Shown here: piece by piece, positions 49,947 through 64,000 of the stretch
Layout: every line of letters starts with the position of its first letter
Numbering within the stretch: the stretch's first letter is position 1
Origin: Mobula hypostoma
Lineage: Eukaryota
Assembly (NCBI RefSeq): GCF_963921235.1
Contig: NC_086097.1
Span: 251,660,001-251,724,000 of the forward strand
Length of the DNA: 64,000 nucleotides
Direction: 5' to 3'
Notes under the pieces: generated by a model
What the model was told of the DNA's origin: nothing
The model's database searches: none
The model's input: the letters and a program-made list of their open reading frames with translations, nothing else
Program-made: the position numbers and the translations under genes

Positions 49947-52047
49947 TAATTGGAACTTACAGTAATATTTTTATGTATTCCATGATGCGGCCACAAAAGC
50001 ACAAATTCCACACTACCTGCCAGTGGCAATACCAAACCTGATTCAGAGAAGGTGGACCTCTACCGCACAAAGGAGGGAGAAGGCCAATTGAGTCTGTTCT
50101 GCCTTTCGATCATGGCTGATTTATGACCCCTCACAGCTCCAGTCTCCTGCCTTCTCACTTAACACACACAGTCATGGGGAGAATGTACAAACTCCTTCTG
50201 GACTGTAGTGGGAATTGAAGCCCAAATGCTGGTGCTATGAAGTGTTACACTAACCGTTATTCCAGGTGCTGTCCTTACAAAATCTCTTTTATCTTCACAA
50301 CTCAAACTTCCATAAGAAAAGTACAGGATTACCTTTGCACAGTTAGACCATAAAACAACATGACCATTTGGCATGGGAGCAGAAATAAACCACTCGGCCC
50401 ATCTCATATCACTCTCCTGCCTTCTCCCATAACATTTGACACACAGACTAATCATAAACAAATCAACCTCCACCCTAAATATATCCATTGACTTGGCCTC
50501 CACAGTTGACTGTGGCAAAACATTCCACAGGTTCACCACCCTCTGGATAAAGAAATTCCTCCTCATCTCTGTTCTAAATGGACATCCCTCTATTCTGAGG
50601 CTGTGCCCTCTGATCTTAGACTCTCCCACTATAAGAAACATCCTCTCCATGTCCACTCTATCTAGGTCTTCCATAATTCGATAAGTTTCAATGAGATTCT
50701 TCTAAACTCCAGCGAATACAGGCAAGAGCAATCAAATGCTCCTCATACTTTAACCCCTTCATTCCTGGAAACATTCTCATAAACCTCCTCCGGACCTTCT
50801 CCAATGCCAGCACATGCTTCCGTAGATATGGAGTTCAAAACTGCTCACAGAAGGATAGAAACCACCCAGTTCACATGTTCCAAAAAGGACCAGGCAATCA
50901 AGTTTGTTTAAGATTCCAGATAGTTTAATGTTATTTCCAGTACACAAGTGTAAAGGAGAATGAAATAATTATTACTCTGGATCCAATTCATACAAAAAAA
51001 ACACAATAAAGTTAAGAACACAATGATTAAAAAAATGCAATAAATATAAATGCTGAAGGTGGCTTATATCCAGGAATTGTTTGTCCATTAAGTAATGCTA
51101 GGCACGGGAGTGTCTGTACATAAGGTGACTGACAGGAAATGATAAAGTAGTGATGGCTGGGGGTGTGGAGGGGTGGGATAGTGGCTGGAGGTGTTGATCA
51201 GCCTCACTGCTTGGAGAAAATCACTGTTTTTGAGTCTGGTGGTCCTGGTGTGGATGCTACGTGCTCTCCTCCATGATGAATGCTCTGGAGTGCACCCCAC
51301 ACAGACAGACAGGCACACATAAACTGCAATTATTGTTCTATTTAGATTGTTTGCAAACGGGTGCTCCAGTTTCCTCGCACTGTTCAGAGACCTACCAGTT
51401 AGCAGGTTAACCAGTTAGCAATTAACCGGTTAGCAGGTTAATTGGTTATTGTAAATTGCCCTGTGATTTGACCAGGGTGAAATCTGTGGGTTATTAGATG
51501 GTCAACACAAGGAAATCTGCAGATGCCGGAAATTCAAGCAACACATTGCTCGAAGAGCTGGAAGTGCCTTTTCCACACTGTATATCTAAATAAATTAAAT
51601 TAAATTAAAAAAATAAGTAAATAGTAAATAGGTAAAACAATAACAGGATGCAGAATAAAGTGTTAGAGTTCCAGAGAAGGTGCAGGCAGACAGACAATAA
51701 GGTGCAGAGTCATAATGAGGCAGATTGTGAAGTCAAGAGTCGACCTTATCATATGAGGGGACACACAGTAGTCTGGTAACAGCGGGATAGAAGCTGTCCT
51801 TGAGCCTGTGAGGTCTGCACCTTCAGGCTTTTCTGCCCGATGGGAAGAGAGAATGTCCAGGATTGATTATGCCGGTTGCATTAACTTGGTTGTTAAAATA
51901 AAGGTTAAGGATTTGCTTTATTTGTGACATATACATTGAAACATACAGTGAAGGGCATTATTTGCATCAAATCAAATCAACGAGGATTGTGCTGGTCAGT
52001 CACAAGTGGTGCCAACGTGGCATGCCCACAGCTTACTAACTCTAAGC

Positions 52048-52188
52048 AACACGTTTCGGGCTGAGACCCTCTCGGCCCAAAATGTTGACTGCTTATTCAT
52101 TTCCACGGATGCTAGTTTACCTCCTGAGTTCCTCCAGCATTTTGTGTGTGTTGTTCTGGTTTTCAAGCATCTGCAGGATTTCTCGGTT
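52048..52188 (+). mobile_element. Penelope terminal fragment with short 5' inversion, inserted in a V-SINE
   Basis: Imperfect 15-bp TSD TTACTAACTCTAAGC / TTACCAACCCTAAGC. ACGTTTCGGGCTGAGA is inverted relative to TCTCGGCCCAAAATGT. Confidence 0.65.
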
Positions 52189-55100
52189 GTTACCAACCCT
52201 AAGCTGTACATCTTTGGAACGTGGGAAGGAACTGGAGCACCCGGAGGAACCCACGCCGTTACGTGGGGAATGTCGAAACTCCTTACTGACGCTGACTGGA
52301 ATTGGACCTGCACTGCTGGTGCTGGAACAGCATTACATTAACTGCTACACTACAGTGCCTTTGTATATAAAATTTGAAATTTGTGCTCATCAGGATGAGA
52401 TATTCTGGTGCTGGGAATGAACCTCTGTCTGTGTTTGAGTGAGATTGGTGTTATGGACTGAATGGAGGTAGCAGATGTAGTAAATTCATACTCCTTTTCA
52501 CAATCAAAATGGTTTTTATAATTACAGGAAGCTTAGTTGGACTTAGTTAGACATCTCATGGTGTATCCTGATCAATTTTTACTCAGCCTTCATCGAGAGT
52601 GTTGTGACCACCTCTATCACCGCCTGGTTTCCTGCTGCCTCCTCCCTCTCCAAGTACAGTGAGAGGTTCACTCTGCGGAGGTCATTGGTTGTTAGTTATC
52701 GACATTAATAGATCTGTTCATTGCCAGAGCGAAGAACAGAGCTGGAAAGTTTACTGCTGACTCCACCCACCCTAGAAGTCACCTATTCACCAAATGGCCA
52801 TCAGGGAGACGCTACAAGTCCATCACCACCAGGGCTACATATCATCTCCGAAGAATCTTTCCTGTAGCCATCCAGCTTCTCAACAAAACTCAGTCCGGTG
52901 TAATATGCACAACATCTGTTAAATGGCATTTCGTGCTCTCCCTGTTCTGTTGATTGAGTCTATTGATATGTTCTTATTTATTTAGGTTTGATTGATAATA
53001 TTTGTGCATGTGACTGGTCTGCTAATTGTTGATTGCTCATGGTTGTTTGCACTGTTTTCTTATAAACTGTTGGTTGCTATTGTGTTGTCTGTTATGGTAT
53101 TGTCCTGTGCTTTATGCTTGGCACCAAACCACAATCAATTCTGATTCTGAAATGAGGTTAAAGCTAGATCCTGACCTGCTGGGAGGATTATTTAACTCTC
53201 CAGGTAAAATGCCACAATTTTGTCCCAATTAATAGTCAGTTCTCTCCAGCTGTTTGACTCATCAGTACTTGGCAAGGAAAAAACGGATATTTTTACTCAG
53301 ACAGTGGTGGTTGCCTGGAAAGTGCTGCCTACTGTGGTGGTCAAGGCAAATACAGTACATTAGAGACTTTTAAGAGACATTTGGATTGGCACATGGACAT
53401 AACAAGGATAGAGGGATAGGCACAGGATAAAGATAGTAGGGATCGGTGTTTTTGAATTGTTTTTATTTGGTTCAGCACAACATTGAGGGCCGAATGGCCT
53501 TTCCTGTGCTGTATGTTCTATGTTCTAACAAAAGAAGTCTAAAATGGACAACAATAGAATAAAGATGGACAGTGAGTGAATATTAACAGCTTAATTTACT
53601 CTTTTCTGATGGTGTTCTCCATAGCACGAGTGTAGCTGTGGTTCACCAGGCTGAGATGGCAAGTCAGTTCTATGTGAAGGAATTGAGTCAGAGGAGCAGG
53701 GATTTCCAACCTCTTTATGCCATGAAGCAAGGGTCTATGGACCCCACTCGTGCTCTAGAGATGGCCCTTTCGAAAACTTCCACGTCCTTTCTATAATGAA
53801 GTGACCAGAAATGAAAGCGTTTCTGAAATTTGTTCAGAGATGAAATTAATTAATCTCCTCATCTAGGCTACAACTAGAGGTCATGGGTTAAGGGTGAAAG
53901 GTGAAATGTTTAAGGGAAACGTGAATGGGAACTTCTTCACTCTGAGGGTGGTGAGAGTGTGGAACAAATTGCCAGCACAAGTTGTGGATGCGATTTTGAT
54001 CTCAATGTTTTAGAGAGTTTGGGTAGGTACATGGATGGTAGAGGTATGGAGGGCTATGGTCCAGGTACAGGTCAATGGGAATAGACAGTTTAAGTGGTCT
54101 GGCACAGACTAGTGGGCTGAAGAGCCTGTTTCTGTGCTGTACTTTTCTATGACTCTCTCTCTGTTCTAAATTGATGTCCCTCTATTCTAAAGCTGTCCCC
54201 TCTGGTCCTAGCCTCACCCACCATAGGAAACATCCTCTCCACACCATTTCTGTCTAGGTCTCTTAATGTTTGATAGGTTTCAACGATATAACCTCCCCCC
54301 CACCCCCCCCCCCATTCTTCTAATCTCAAGTACAAGCTCTGAGCCATCAAACACCCCTCATGTATTAACTCTTTCATTCTCGGGATCATTCTCGTGAGGC
54401 TCCCCGGATCCTCTCTAATCCCAGTACATCTTCATTAGATATGAAGCCCAAAACTGCTCGCAAAACTCCAATCCATCTGACAATGCCTCATAAAAACTAA
54501 ACATTGTTTTCTTGCTTTTATATGCTCATCCTCTCAAAATCAATGCTAACATCACATTTGCCTTCCTCCCAACTAACTCAGCCTGCAAAGTAACCTTCAG
54601 GGAATCCTGCACAAGAGTTCTCATGTCCCTTTGCACCTTGAATTTCTGGATTCACTCCCCATTTAGAAATTAGTCTATGCCTCTCTTTCTTCTACCAAAG
54701 TGCATGACCATACACTTCCCGACACTGTATTCCATCTGCCACTTCTTTGCCCATTCTCCTAATCTGTCCAAATCCTTCTGCAGATCTAGTTATGAGGGAG
54801 ACTGGAGGTCTCCTAAAGTTACCACACCTCACACAAGGAACATACCATGAACTCTGGACCCATTCTCAGCATACTAGCTCTGTACTAACAAAAGAAAACT
54901 TGCTGGAAACTTACCTAGAGCCTACGTCTGTGCTTGCCCGAGCTTGCTGAGCAAAAATCAGACACTCTAATGCTGCCCCACTCACACAATGGCCGCTCCA
55001 ACAAAGTCCTTTTGCAGAATGAGTATATACTCCTTGTTGATTGGAAGGATCAGAGGTAAATACATTGAACCATTAAAAGTTCTTTAGGAGAGGTTAAAGG

Positions 55101-55650
55101 TAAACCCTTAGAACTCTGTGTCTCAAGCTGAGGCCTACCATTAAGTATGGTGTTGGTTGTCCCTCAGATCCAACAATGACAGGAGAGCTGGGCAGGAGAG
55201 TTTTTAAAGTGGAAAGGCCATTTCCACTCTCTCAATTTCAGAAGTCTGGGTCCAGTGGTATGAATAGTCATCACAAACTGGGGTCTTCCTTTGTTGCAGT
55301 GGATGACCATGACTTCCTCTGTGCCTTGTCATATCCTTCGCTCTCCTCGAAGCATTACAGAACCGCCTTCCTGGCCGTTGGATCTCCCTGTAGGTCTCAT
55401 CCACCCGGTCTGCTGGAGCAGACTTCACACACCAGGACAGGCATGCCCCTATCTCATTGGGGTATGAGGCCCACCTGTCAAAGTAGTTTACTGGGGTGTG
55501 GCCACTGTCACATGCAAATAGCTACGTGGAGCCACAGGTGACAGCTGAGCATCCAATGAGGACCAAAGGTGAGTGAGCTGCCCCAGAATGGACACAACAA
55601 GCCTCTTCACCAGAAGTACTACCCCTCTCTGGACACCCCTTACACCGCAA

Positions 55651-56069
55651 CTTCTCTGTGGATTGTCACCTTGTCGTGGTGGAGAAACTTGTGTGGTCCT
55701 GTGATCCCGAGAGCGATGCTGTCTGGAGTTATGCTCCTGGTAGGGTCACCCATGGAGGTAAGATCAAGGGTGAGGTCCCTGACAAAGAACAATCCAACCA
55801 AGACCTCAGCGGTGGAACAGGCGGATGAAGTTGCTTCGAACTCAACGGCTGTGAAGGCAGATGAAAGCTGCAACAAATCCATCAGCTCCAATTGTCGTGG
55901 TTTCCATGCCATTGGAATTAGTTGGTTGATTTGTGAAGTATCGTGTGCTTCTTGGAGTGCAACATCAAGTACACGTTAAACAAATACATGCACAGGCGTC
56001 TTCACTCTGTGGGCCACTTCTTCAGAACGAAGACCATCATCCTCGACCCTGAGGGATAGCCACCATGAC
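55651..56069 (+). mobile_element. RTE-derived non-autonomous element
   Basis: 9-bp TSD ACACCGCAA (55642-55650, 56070-56078). The 5' part CACCTTGTCGTGGTGGAG..GGTAGGGTCACCCATGG..GGTGAGGTCCCTGACAAAGA resembles RTE (Expander/BovB-like) 5' UTRs. Reverse fragment at about 29140-29255. Confidence 0.65.
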
Positions 56070-56699
56070 ACACCGCAAATGGAAATCATTACAGGAAGGG
56101 TTAAAGGTAAATCCATTTCTCAGCCAGGGAGCTTAAAACACTGTATATCAGGCTAAGAGGCTAACTATAATTACGGCAATAAGGAGACACTTAATATCGT
56201 AGAAAGACAGTAATGCTACTACAGGTCAGGGCGTTTTGGAGTTCAAATCCAACGTGTTCTGTAAGGAATTTCTGTGGAATGGTTTTCCCCAGTTTCCTCC
56301 CACAGTATAAAAACCTACCGGGTAGCTTAATGAGTCATTGTAAATTGTCCTGTGATTGGGTTAGGGTTATTTGGGATTAGGGCAGTGTGGCTCGAGGGGC
56401 CTGCTCCACGCTCCATCGCTGAATCCTGGGAATTTTTCTTCCAAAGGTAACTCGGTCATGTACAAGACAAAGGTTAAAGAGATCAAAGGAATTGGGTGTT
56501 GAGCGGGGGTGTGGTTGTTACAGAACGTCAGCCATCATCTCACGGGAAGCCACAGCAAGCTAGACAGGCCATATCAACCATTCCTGTTTTAACTTCTTAT
56601 TTTCTCGTGACTTTGCTGGCCAATTTCCCATTGCACCACCTTGTATATGCAACTAAACCTGGTAGAAAGGGGGAAAAAGTCAAGATCTAATTTAAAGTT

Positions 56700-58020
56700 A
56701 TTTGAATTCTAGTGGCAAAAGGTATAAATTAAGGTTAGTGGGGAGGAACAGCTTTTGAAAAACAATCATAACAGCATCCAACGTGAGGAGACTGGATGTC
56801 CATTGTGAAAAGAAGGTGATCCGGGCCAAGGCTTTGAAAGTTCCGGAAGTGACAGAGAGGATGTGAAGTATCATAATGTAGGTAGGAAGAGACTGAAACA
56901 AGGGGCAGAGAATGGAATTGAGGTACGAGGACATGAATTCACTGGGGCAGGATTAAGTAGAAACAACGGGCTTATCCAGACAGGTTTGTGGATCCTGGGT
57001 AGGAGATAGAAATGAGCAGTGTGGGGTAAGGGATTGGTGGCTGTGGACAGGAAATCACTAGAGTCAATGAGGTTGGGAGACAATGGCCTTGCTGTTTCTT
57101 AGTGGGGTTCTGTGCAAGTGGTAAGTAAGAAGAGGTGTCTGAGAGATGGTCTGGACTAAGGAGCTGGTGGTAGACCTGAGGAGAGCTAAGGTACTGGTGA
57201 TCCCTGTTTCCATCCAGGGGGTCAGTGTGGACATGGTGGAGGATTACAAATACCTGGGGATACGAATTGGCAATAAACTGGACTGGTCAAAGAACACTGA
57301 GGCTGTCTACAAGAAGGGTCAGAGCCGTCTCTACTTCCTGAGGAGACTCAGGTCCTTTAGCATCTGCCGGACGATGCTGAGGATGTTCTGTGGTGGCCAG
57401 TGCTATTATGTTTGCTGTTGTATGCTGGGGCAGCAGGCTGAGGGTAGCAGACACCAACAGAATCAACAAACTTGTTCGTGAGACCAGTGATGTTGTGAGG
57501 ATGGAACTGGACTCTCTAACGGTGGTGTCTGAAAAGAGGATGTTGTCTAAGTTGCATGCCATCTTGGTAAATGTCTCCCATCCACTACATAATGTACTGG
57601 GTGGGCACAGGAGTACATTCAGCCAGAGACTCATTCCTCCGAGATGCAGCACAGAGTGTCATAGGAAGTCTTTCCTGCCTGTGGCCATCAAACTTTACAA
57701 CTCTTCCCTTGGAAGGTCAGATACCCTGTGCCGATAGGCTGGTCCTGGATTTATTTCATAATTTACTGGCATAATTTACATATTACTATTTAACTATTTA
57801 TGGTTCTGTTACTATTTATTATTTATGGTGCAACTGTAACGAAAACCAATTTCCCCCTGGGATCAATAAAGTATGACTATGACTATGACTAAGCAAGGTA
57901 GAGGTCAGTCCGTCCTTGTCTGCAGATTTGGTGGTGAAGTTTTGATGGCGGGTCTCAGCCCAAAATGTCGGTTGTTTATTCATTTCCATAGATGCTGCCT
58001 GACCTGCTGAGTTTTCTGTG
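56700..58020 (-). mobile_element. Degenerate Penelope reverse transcriptase fragment interrupted by Rex1
   Basis: TKSADK (about 57915-57935), LSDTSSYLPL, TAHFYLLPRIHKP and SSYLNSILCPLFQSLPTYI. An oppositely oriented pLTR fragment lies at about 57940-58020. Confidence 0.72.
57146..57890 (+). mobile_element. Young Rex1/Babar LINE 3' part
   Basis: TKELVVDLRR..YKYLG..SRLYFLRRLRSF; (ATGACT)3 tail. Confidence 0.88.
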
Positions 58021-58418
58021 CCCTGCTGTTGAAGTGAAATGAGATAGTGAAGAGACAAGAGGAACTCCAATTCCAAATTTGTGAAGGGACTTGAGTTACA
58101 GATAATTGGGATTGACCACACCTGAATATATATTTCAAGCTTTGCTGATATTAGAGAACTTGGCTTTAATTGAAGTTATGAAAACAGTTTCTCATCTCAG
58201 CTGGAGAATTCTACCTAATAATGCAGTTGGTATCAGAGAGATGCAGTAAATGTGTGTCTCAGCTCAGCGGCATACAAATTCAGATGCTTCAGCACTGGCA
58301 AACTTCCCTCCGGTCTGAACTTGAAGGAGCCACAGGTAGTCCTAATCCTCGATATGTTTAATATTGATAAATTACATGATGTTCTTCCATTATTCCTGGT
58401 GCCCCTCCCCACCCCATT

Positions 58419-58419
<1 letters not shown>

Positions 58420-58456
<37 letters not shown>

Positions 58457-59075
58457 GCACACACACGCACATGCACATTTACACATACTCACACCCACAC
58501 ACATGCACATCTTAACACACGCACAAGTACACATATATACACATCTGCACATACACAGATGTGCAGTTGGGGCTCATCAGCCTTGGACGGCAGCCCGCCT
58601 AGGAGAAAGAAAACTCTGATTTTAAACCTCCACTGCCTTGTGGCCACACTCACCCATAGGAAAGGCTTCGGGAGTAAACCCCGAGGAAGAAATCCAGAGC
58701 CGGGGTCCCTAAGGCAGTTTGATGTTGTTTACAACTTCACTGTGGCAATCTCTGTGACGACACTGGTGCCAAGCTGTATTGGCGTTTGGACTACATCAGT
58801 AACGTGGAGAGGGGGAACCTGCTGAATGGGCAACAGCCGGTTCTTCAAATCATCCCCCCCAGGCTCGCGCCCTGGAGAGCAGACAGTCCACCAGAGGCAC
58901 AAACCCATGATCCCCTGGGATCGACAGCTGCCTACTACACACACAGACACACCTGCACACACACACACACACTTATGCACACACAAACTCTCTTTCACAC
59001 ACACACACATACGGACACACACAATTGCAGACACAGTCACACACACACAGACCAAACACGTAGACACACATACGT

Positions 59076-59115
<40 letters not shown>

Positions 59116-59140
59116 GCACAGACTCATCAAACACGCACAA
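58420..59140. repeat. Degenerate (CA)n microsatellite split by an RTE-related element (58562-58935)
   Basis: CA-rich tracts at 58420-58560 and 58937-59140. Confidence 0.85.
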
Positions 59141-59616
59141 TGCAATTATTGTATTTTTATTGTTTGCAGACATATTCTCGTGAAGTAGCAAGCTGCCCGG
59201 TAGCTGTGATTATTCACTCTGAAAATATATCCCCATTATCCTGAGACGTGGAGTCCCAACGGGGAAACCTTGAGGAAGACAATCACATCTGCAGCCTCCT
59301 TCCCCTGTGTGTATCCTCACACAGGAAACAAAAGAGACTGCAATGTCAGGTCTTCTGTCAGTGTCCCCAGTTCAGCTCATCTCACTGGTATTCATCCCCA
59401 TTCATTTGAAAGCTCATGCTACGAATTCCGTTAGTCAAACAAATCACATTGTTCAATGAGGAGCCCACATTTCTGTTAGCTTTTCAAAATGGGGGAAATT
59501 TATCAGTGGCTTTCAATTGAAATCTGGATATTATTTTTGAAACTGCTATATTTTTCACAGGTGAGCCAGTATGATTAATACACTGGTCTTCATTATTTGT
59601 GGTCATGGTTCAAATT

Positions 59617-59992
59617 GTCTCTACCAAAGGAGGTGTAAGGCGCTCTTTCCCTCCACTTATCTGCAGGTGTAGCACCTGCGTAGCCCCCCCCACCCCGATC
59701 ATGGTCATGTGAAGCCATGGGAGCAGGTGGTGGATGGTCGTATGAGCAGCCGGTGCAGATCACAAGTCCTGGTTATGCGACCACTGACACCAGGAAAACA
59801 ATCTCTGAAGAGTATTGATAATGGCTGGGGTCACCCATCTTGTAAAGACACTGCTCAGAAGAAGACAATGGCAGACCTCTTCTGTAGAGAAATTTGCCAA
59901 GAACAATCATGGTCATGGATAAGCCTCTGATCGCCCATGTCATACGACACGGCACATAATTACGATGTCATACGACACGGCACATAATGATG
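59617..59992 (+). mobile_element. RTE-related non-autonomous element
   Basis: GAAGAAGACAATGGCAGACCTCTTCTGTAGAGAAATTTGCCAAGAACAATCATGG resembles the conserved RTE/BovB motif. Flanks ATGGTTCAAATTG / ATGGTTTGAATTG. Duplicated ATGTCATACGACACGGCACATAAT at the 3' end. Confidence 0.55.
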
Positions 59993-62900
59993 ATGGTTTG
60001 AATTGACTGCGACTCACATTGAATACTTGGGGCCAGCAATGCGAGTTCTATTCCTGCTGCTGATTGTAAGGAATTTGTACGTTCTCCTTGTAACTGCAAG
60101 GGTTTCCTCTGGGTGCTCTGGTTTCCTCCCACATTACTGGTTAGGGCTAGTAAGCTGTGGACATGCTATGTTGGCTCTGAAAGCATGCTGACACTTGCAG
60201 GCTGCCTCCAGCACGTCCTTGGAATGTGTGGTCATTGATGGAAACAATGCATTTCACTGGGTGCTGCAATGTACATGTGGCAAATAAAGCTAGTCTTTAA
60301 TCTCTTTACGCTTCACTTCAAGGACCATGCTAAACTCCATTTTGCGTATCAGACATCATCCACACCATGACGTGTCTTGTCCCCATGACCCACAATATTG
60401 TGCTGACCTTTAAGATCAATCCAACCCTTCCTCCTGCATAGCGCTCCATTTTTCCATCATCCTTGTGCTTATCTAAGACTTCCTTAAATGTCACTAATGT
60501 ATCTGTCTCTACCAGCCCTGGCTGGGCGTTGCACACACCCACCACTTTGGTCAGCATGGTAGCGTAGTGTTTAGCACAATGCTTTACAATGACACGGGTT
60601 CAATTCCTGCCGCTGCCTTTAAGGAGTTTGTACGTTCTCCCCATGACTGCGTGGATTTCCTCTGGGTGCTCCGGTTTCCTCCCACAGTCCAAAGGCGTAC
60701 CAGTTCATAGGTTAATTGGTAAATTATTGTAAATTATCCCATGACTTTTAGGTGAGGATTAAATTGGGGGATTGCTGGGTGGTGCAGCTTGAGGAGCCAG
60801 AGGACTTATTACTTATAGTCTGACCCCAAAACTCCTTCCGATTACGTTAAAATTATGCCCTCTCCTATTGGCTATTTCCACCCTGGGAAAAAGTCTCTGG
60901 CTTTGCACCCGCATGGCCACATGGTTGCTATCCACTTGAGCTGCGCTAACCACTACGCTACTGTGCTTTGGTTTTCCACTGTTCTTCTTATGTATTGGTT
61001 AGCGCGGTGCTTTTACAGCTCAGTGTGTCAGAGATCAGAGTTCAGAGTTCACGTCTGTAAAGAGATTCGTACATCCTCCCCATCCGTGTATGCATGGGTT
61101 TGCTCCGGGTCTTCTGGTTTCCTCCCTCATTCCAAAGAGGTACTGGTTGAAAGGTTAATTGCTCATTGTAAATTGTCACATGATTAGCCTATGGTTAAGT
61201 AAGACCGTAAAACTTAGGAGCAGAATTCGAGTCGGCACATCGAGTCTGCTCCACCATTCCATCGTGTCTGATTTAGTTAGCTACTTAGCAATACAATGCT
61301 GAATAGGCTCTAACCGCCCCTCAAGAGAGGCTGCTGTTATAGTGTAGCACTAACCACTGCGCAACTCTTATCCGTTTCCACCGGAGCACCCGAGAAAACC
61401 AACGCGGTCACAGAAAGAACGTACAAACAGTGGTGAGAATTGAACCCCCAGTGGTGATTGCTGGTGATTGTGCTAACTGCTATGCTCTCAGTGTCCGCTT
61501 ACCGCAAGGTTGCTAACTCCTCCTGGATTCAGAAATAACACTTCGTCCAGTGGGTTCTCAAAACTGCCCAACACATCTCTGGCACCAGCCTACCCGCCAA
61601 CAAGGACATATGTACAGAAAGGTGCCAGTAACATCATGAAGGATCCCATCCACCCTGCTCATGGACTGTCTGTCCCACACCCATCAGGATAGAGGCTACA
61701 CAGCATCCACACCAGGACCACCAGACTCAAAAACAATTACTTTCCCCAAGTAGTAAGGCTGATCAACACCTCCACCCACTAACCCTCCCCTCCACACCCC
61801 CAACTATCACTACATTATCATTTCCAGTCAGTCACCTTATGTACAGACACTCCTGGGCCTAGCGTCACTTTATGGAGACACAATCAATGTATATAAGCTA
61901 TCTTATGTATTCATATTTATCGTGCTTTTTATCTTATTGTGTGTTTTTTTGTGCTGCATCAGATCTGGAGTAACAATTATTTCATTCTCCTTTACCCTTA
62001 GTGTGTAGGAAATGACATTAAACTATCTCGAATTGTGGATCTTGAATTAAAGTGGAAAATCAGCTTGATGGCTCTCATTCACCTGTATTATGGGTCCTGT
62101 GAGTTAGCACTGGAGACCCTGCTGGGATTAGAAATAGGATTAGTCTAAACAGTTTAACAAAAAACCATCAAAGCTCAAGGCAATCTTTCAGCCTGTTCAA
62201 CGCTCTTTATCCAAAGCTTAAAAAAAACACCACAGAAAATCCAGGCCTTCTCTTAGGCTTGTTTGATTGACATTGCGAAGTATTTAAAATCACATCTCAC
62301 AAAAGAATTCAGTGCTGATGTTCTACGCATTTTCCCTCGGACATCCAATCGGGCACAGACTGGATCAACCAAGATCGAATGGTTTGGCATGAATTTTGAC
62401 CAAAATGGCAAAAAAAATGTAGTGAAGTTATCAGGAGAAGTAAAGTGAAAACTTTGAAATGCTTAGTTATTCCCTATTAACTAAAATAATCTTTGTGTCC
62501 ATTGCGATGGAATAAAGAATGGTTATTACCTTGTAACCACCAGGCTCCTAAAATGGCGTAGATAACTTCACTCACCTCAACACTGAATTAATTCCACAAC
62601 CTATGGACTCACTTTCAAGGACTCTACAACTCACGTTCTCTGTATTACTTATTCACTTTAGTTTGCATGGGTAGGGCTATGGAGAGGTATGGTCCAGGTG
62701 CAGGTTGGTGGGACTAGGCAGTTCAAATGATTTGGCATGGACTGGGGCCTGTTTCGGTGCTGTACTTTTCTATGAGTTATTCATTTATTATTCTTACTAT
62801 TTGTTTTTTTTCCTGGATTTGCACAGTTTGTCTTCTTTCACACATTGGTTGTTTGTCTGTCTTTGTGTGTTGTTTTCCGTTGATTTTATTGTACTTCGTT

Positions 62901-64000
62901 GTTCTACTGAGGATGTCTGGAAGAAAATGAAGTTTGGGGTAGTATATGGCAACACATACGTACTTCAATAATAAATTTTAAATTCCTCTATAGTAAGCTT
63001 ACTGTTCTAAGTTAATGATCACTATGCAATCACAATATTAAAATATTAATTACCAGGATTCTTTAAAAAACTGAATGTAGGTATAAGACCATAAGACATC
63101 AGAGCAGAATTAAACCATTTGGCCCATCAAGTCTGCTTCACCATTTCATCATGGCTGATCCATTTCCCTCAGCCCCAGGCTCCTGCCTTCTCCTCGTATC
63201 CCTTTGTGCTCTGACTAATCAAGAACCTATCAACCTCTGCCACAAGTACACCCAGTGGTCTGGCCTCCACAGATTCACCATCCTTCGGCTAAAGAAATTC
63301 CTCCTCACTTCAGTTCTAAAAGGACCCTCTATTCTGAGGCCGTGTCCTCTGGTCTTAGACATAAGGATCAACGTGTATATGTTTAGTCAGTAAATTAGAA
63401 CAGATATCTCATAGATTTTGGTTCAAAATGAATTATAAAAAGGATTGATTTATTCTACAGAAATGTATCAAATAATTGTTAAAAATGGAGCAAGTTTGAC
63501 CCTGGGTGTCAATATCTCTGAGGACCTAACCCAGACACAACATACTGATGCAGCTATAAGGAAGACAAGACAGTGCTATATTTCATTAAGAATTTGAGGA
63601 AATTTGGTTTGTCAACTAAAATGCTCAAAACCTTCTACAAATGTACCGTGAGAGCATTCTGACTGGCTGCCACTCTGTCTGGTATGGGTGGGGGGAGGGA
63701 TACTGCACAAGATTGAAATGAGTTGTAGAAACTAGTAAAACTAGTCAGCTCTATCATGGGTACCAGCCACCGTAGTATCTAAGACATCTTCAAGGAGCAG
63801 TACCTTAGGAAGGCAGCATCCATCATTAAGGATCCCCACCACCCAGGACGTGCCCTCTTCACACTGTTACTGTTGGCAAGGAGGTACAGAATTCTGAAAA
63901 CACACACTCAGTGATTCAGGAACAGCTTCTTCCCCTCTGCCATCCAATTCCTAAATGGACATTGAACCCATAAACACTACCCCTCTACTTTTTATTTCTG

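Noticed and set aside
49677..50041. Hydrophobic Phe/Leu/Pro/Ser ORFs as membrane proteins
   Set aside because: Translations of a polypyrimidine tract.
55651..55790. HDV-like ribozyme in an RTE-type 5' UTR
   Set aside because: Some RTE elements have them, but I could not build the nested double pseudoknot by eye; a structure-descriptor search is needed.
58233..59244. His/Thr- or Cys/Val-rich ORFs
   Set aside because: Translations of (CA)n microsatellite.
62263..62448. Short ORF in unique sequence after an acceptor-like TTCTCTTAG
   Set aside because: No recognisable homology and no supporting donor site.

Overview
Eukaryotic, repeat-saturated non-genic or intronic DNA. The repeat mix (CR1 LINEs with SGNH-esterase ORF1, Rex1/Babar LINEs, HE1-type V-SINEs, Penelope-like elements) suggests a cartilaginous fish, probably a ray; this is inference. 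I recognise no intact host gene, and most ORFs in the track are LINE debris. The window opens in the 3' end of a BEL/Pao LTR element whose complete 658-bp LTR lies at 2002-2659. The standout is a bounded Ty3/Gypsy (Mag-like) LTR element at 17522-22760 (minus), with two LTRs, a CCTTT TSD, a tRNA-Ser PBS, a PPT, gag and protease. Its RT/RNaseH/integrase region is replaced by two intronless host cDNA pieces: the 5' two-thirds of SUDS3 (sense, in frame with the protease C-terminal half) and an RNF213 RING/E3 fragment (antisense). Several Penelope insertions carry minimal hammerhead-ribozyme motifs and 5' inversions, including a ~550-bp fold-back. Protein identities come from recalled motifs, not database searches, and many boundaries are approximate.
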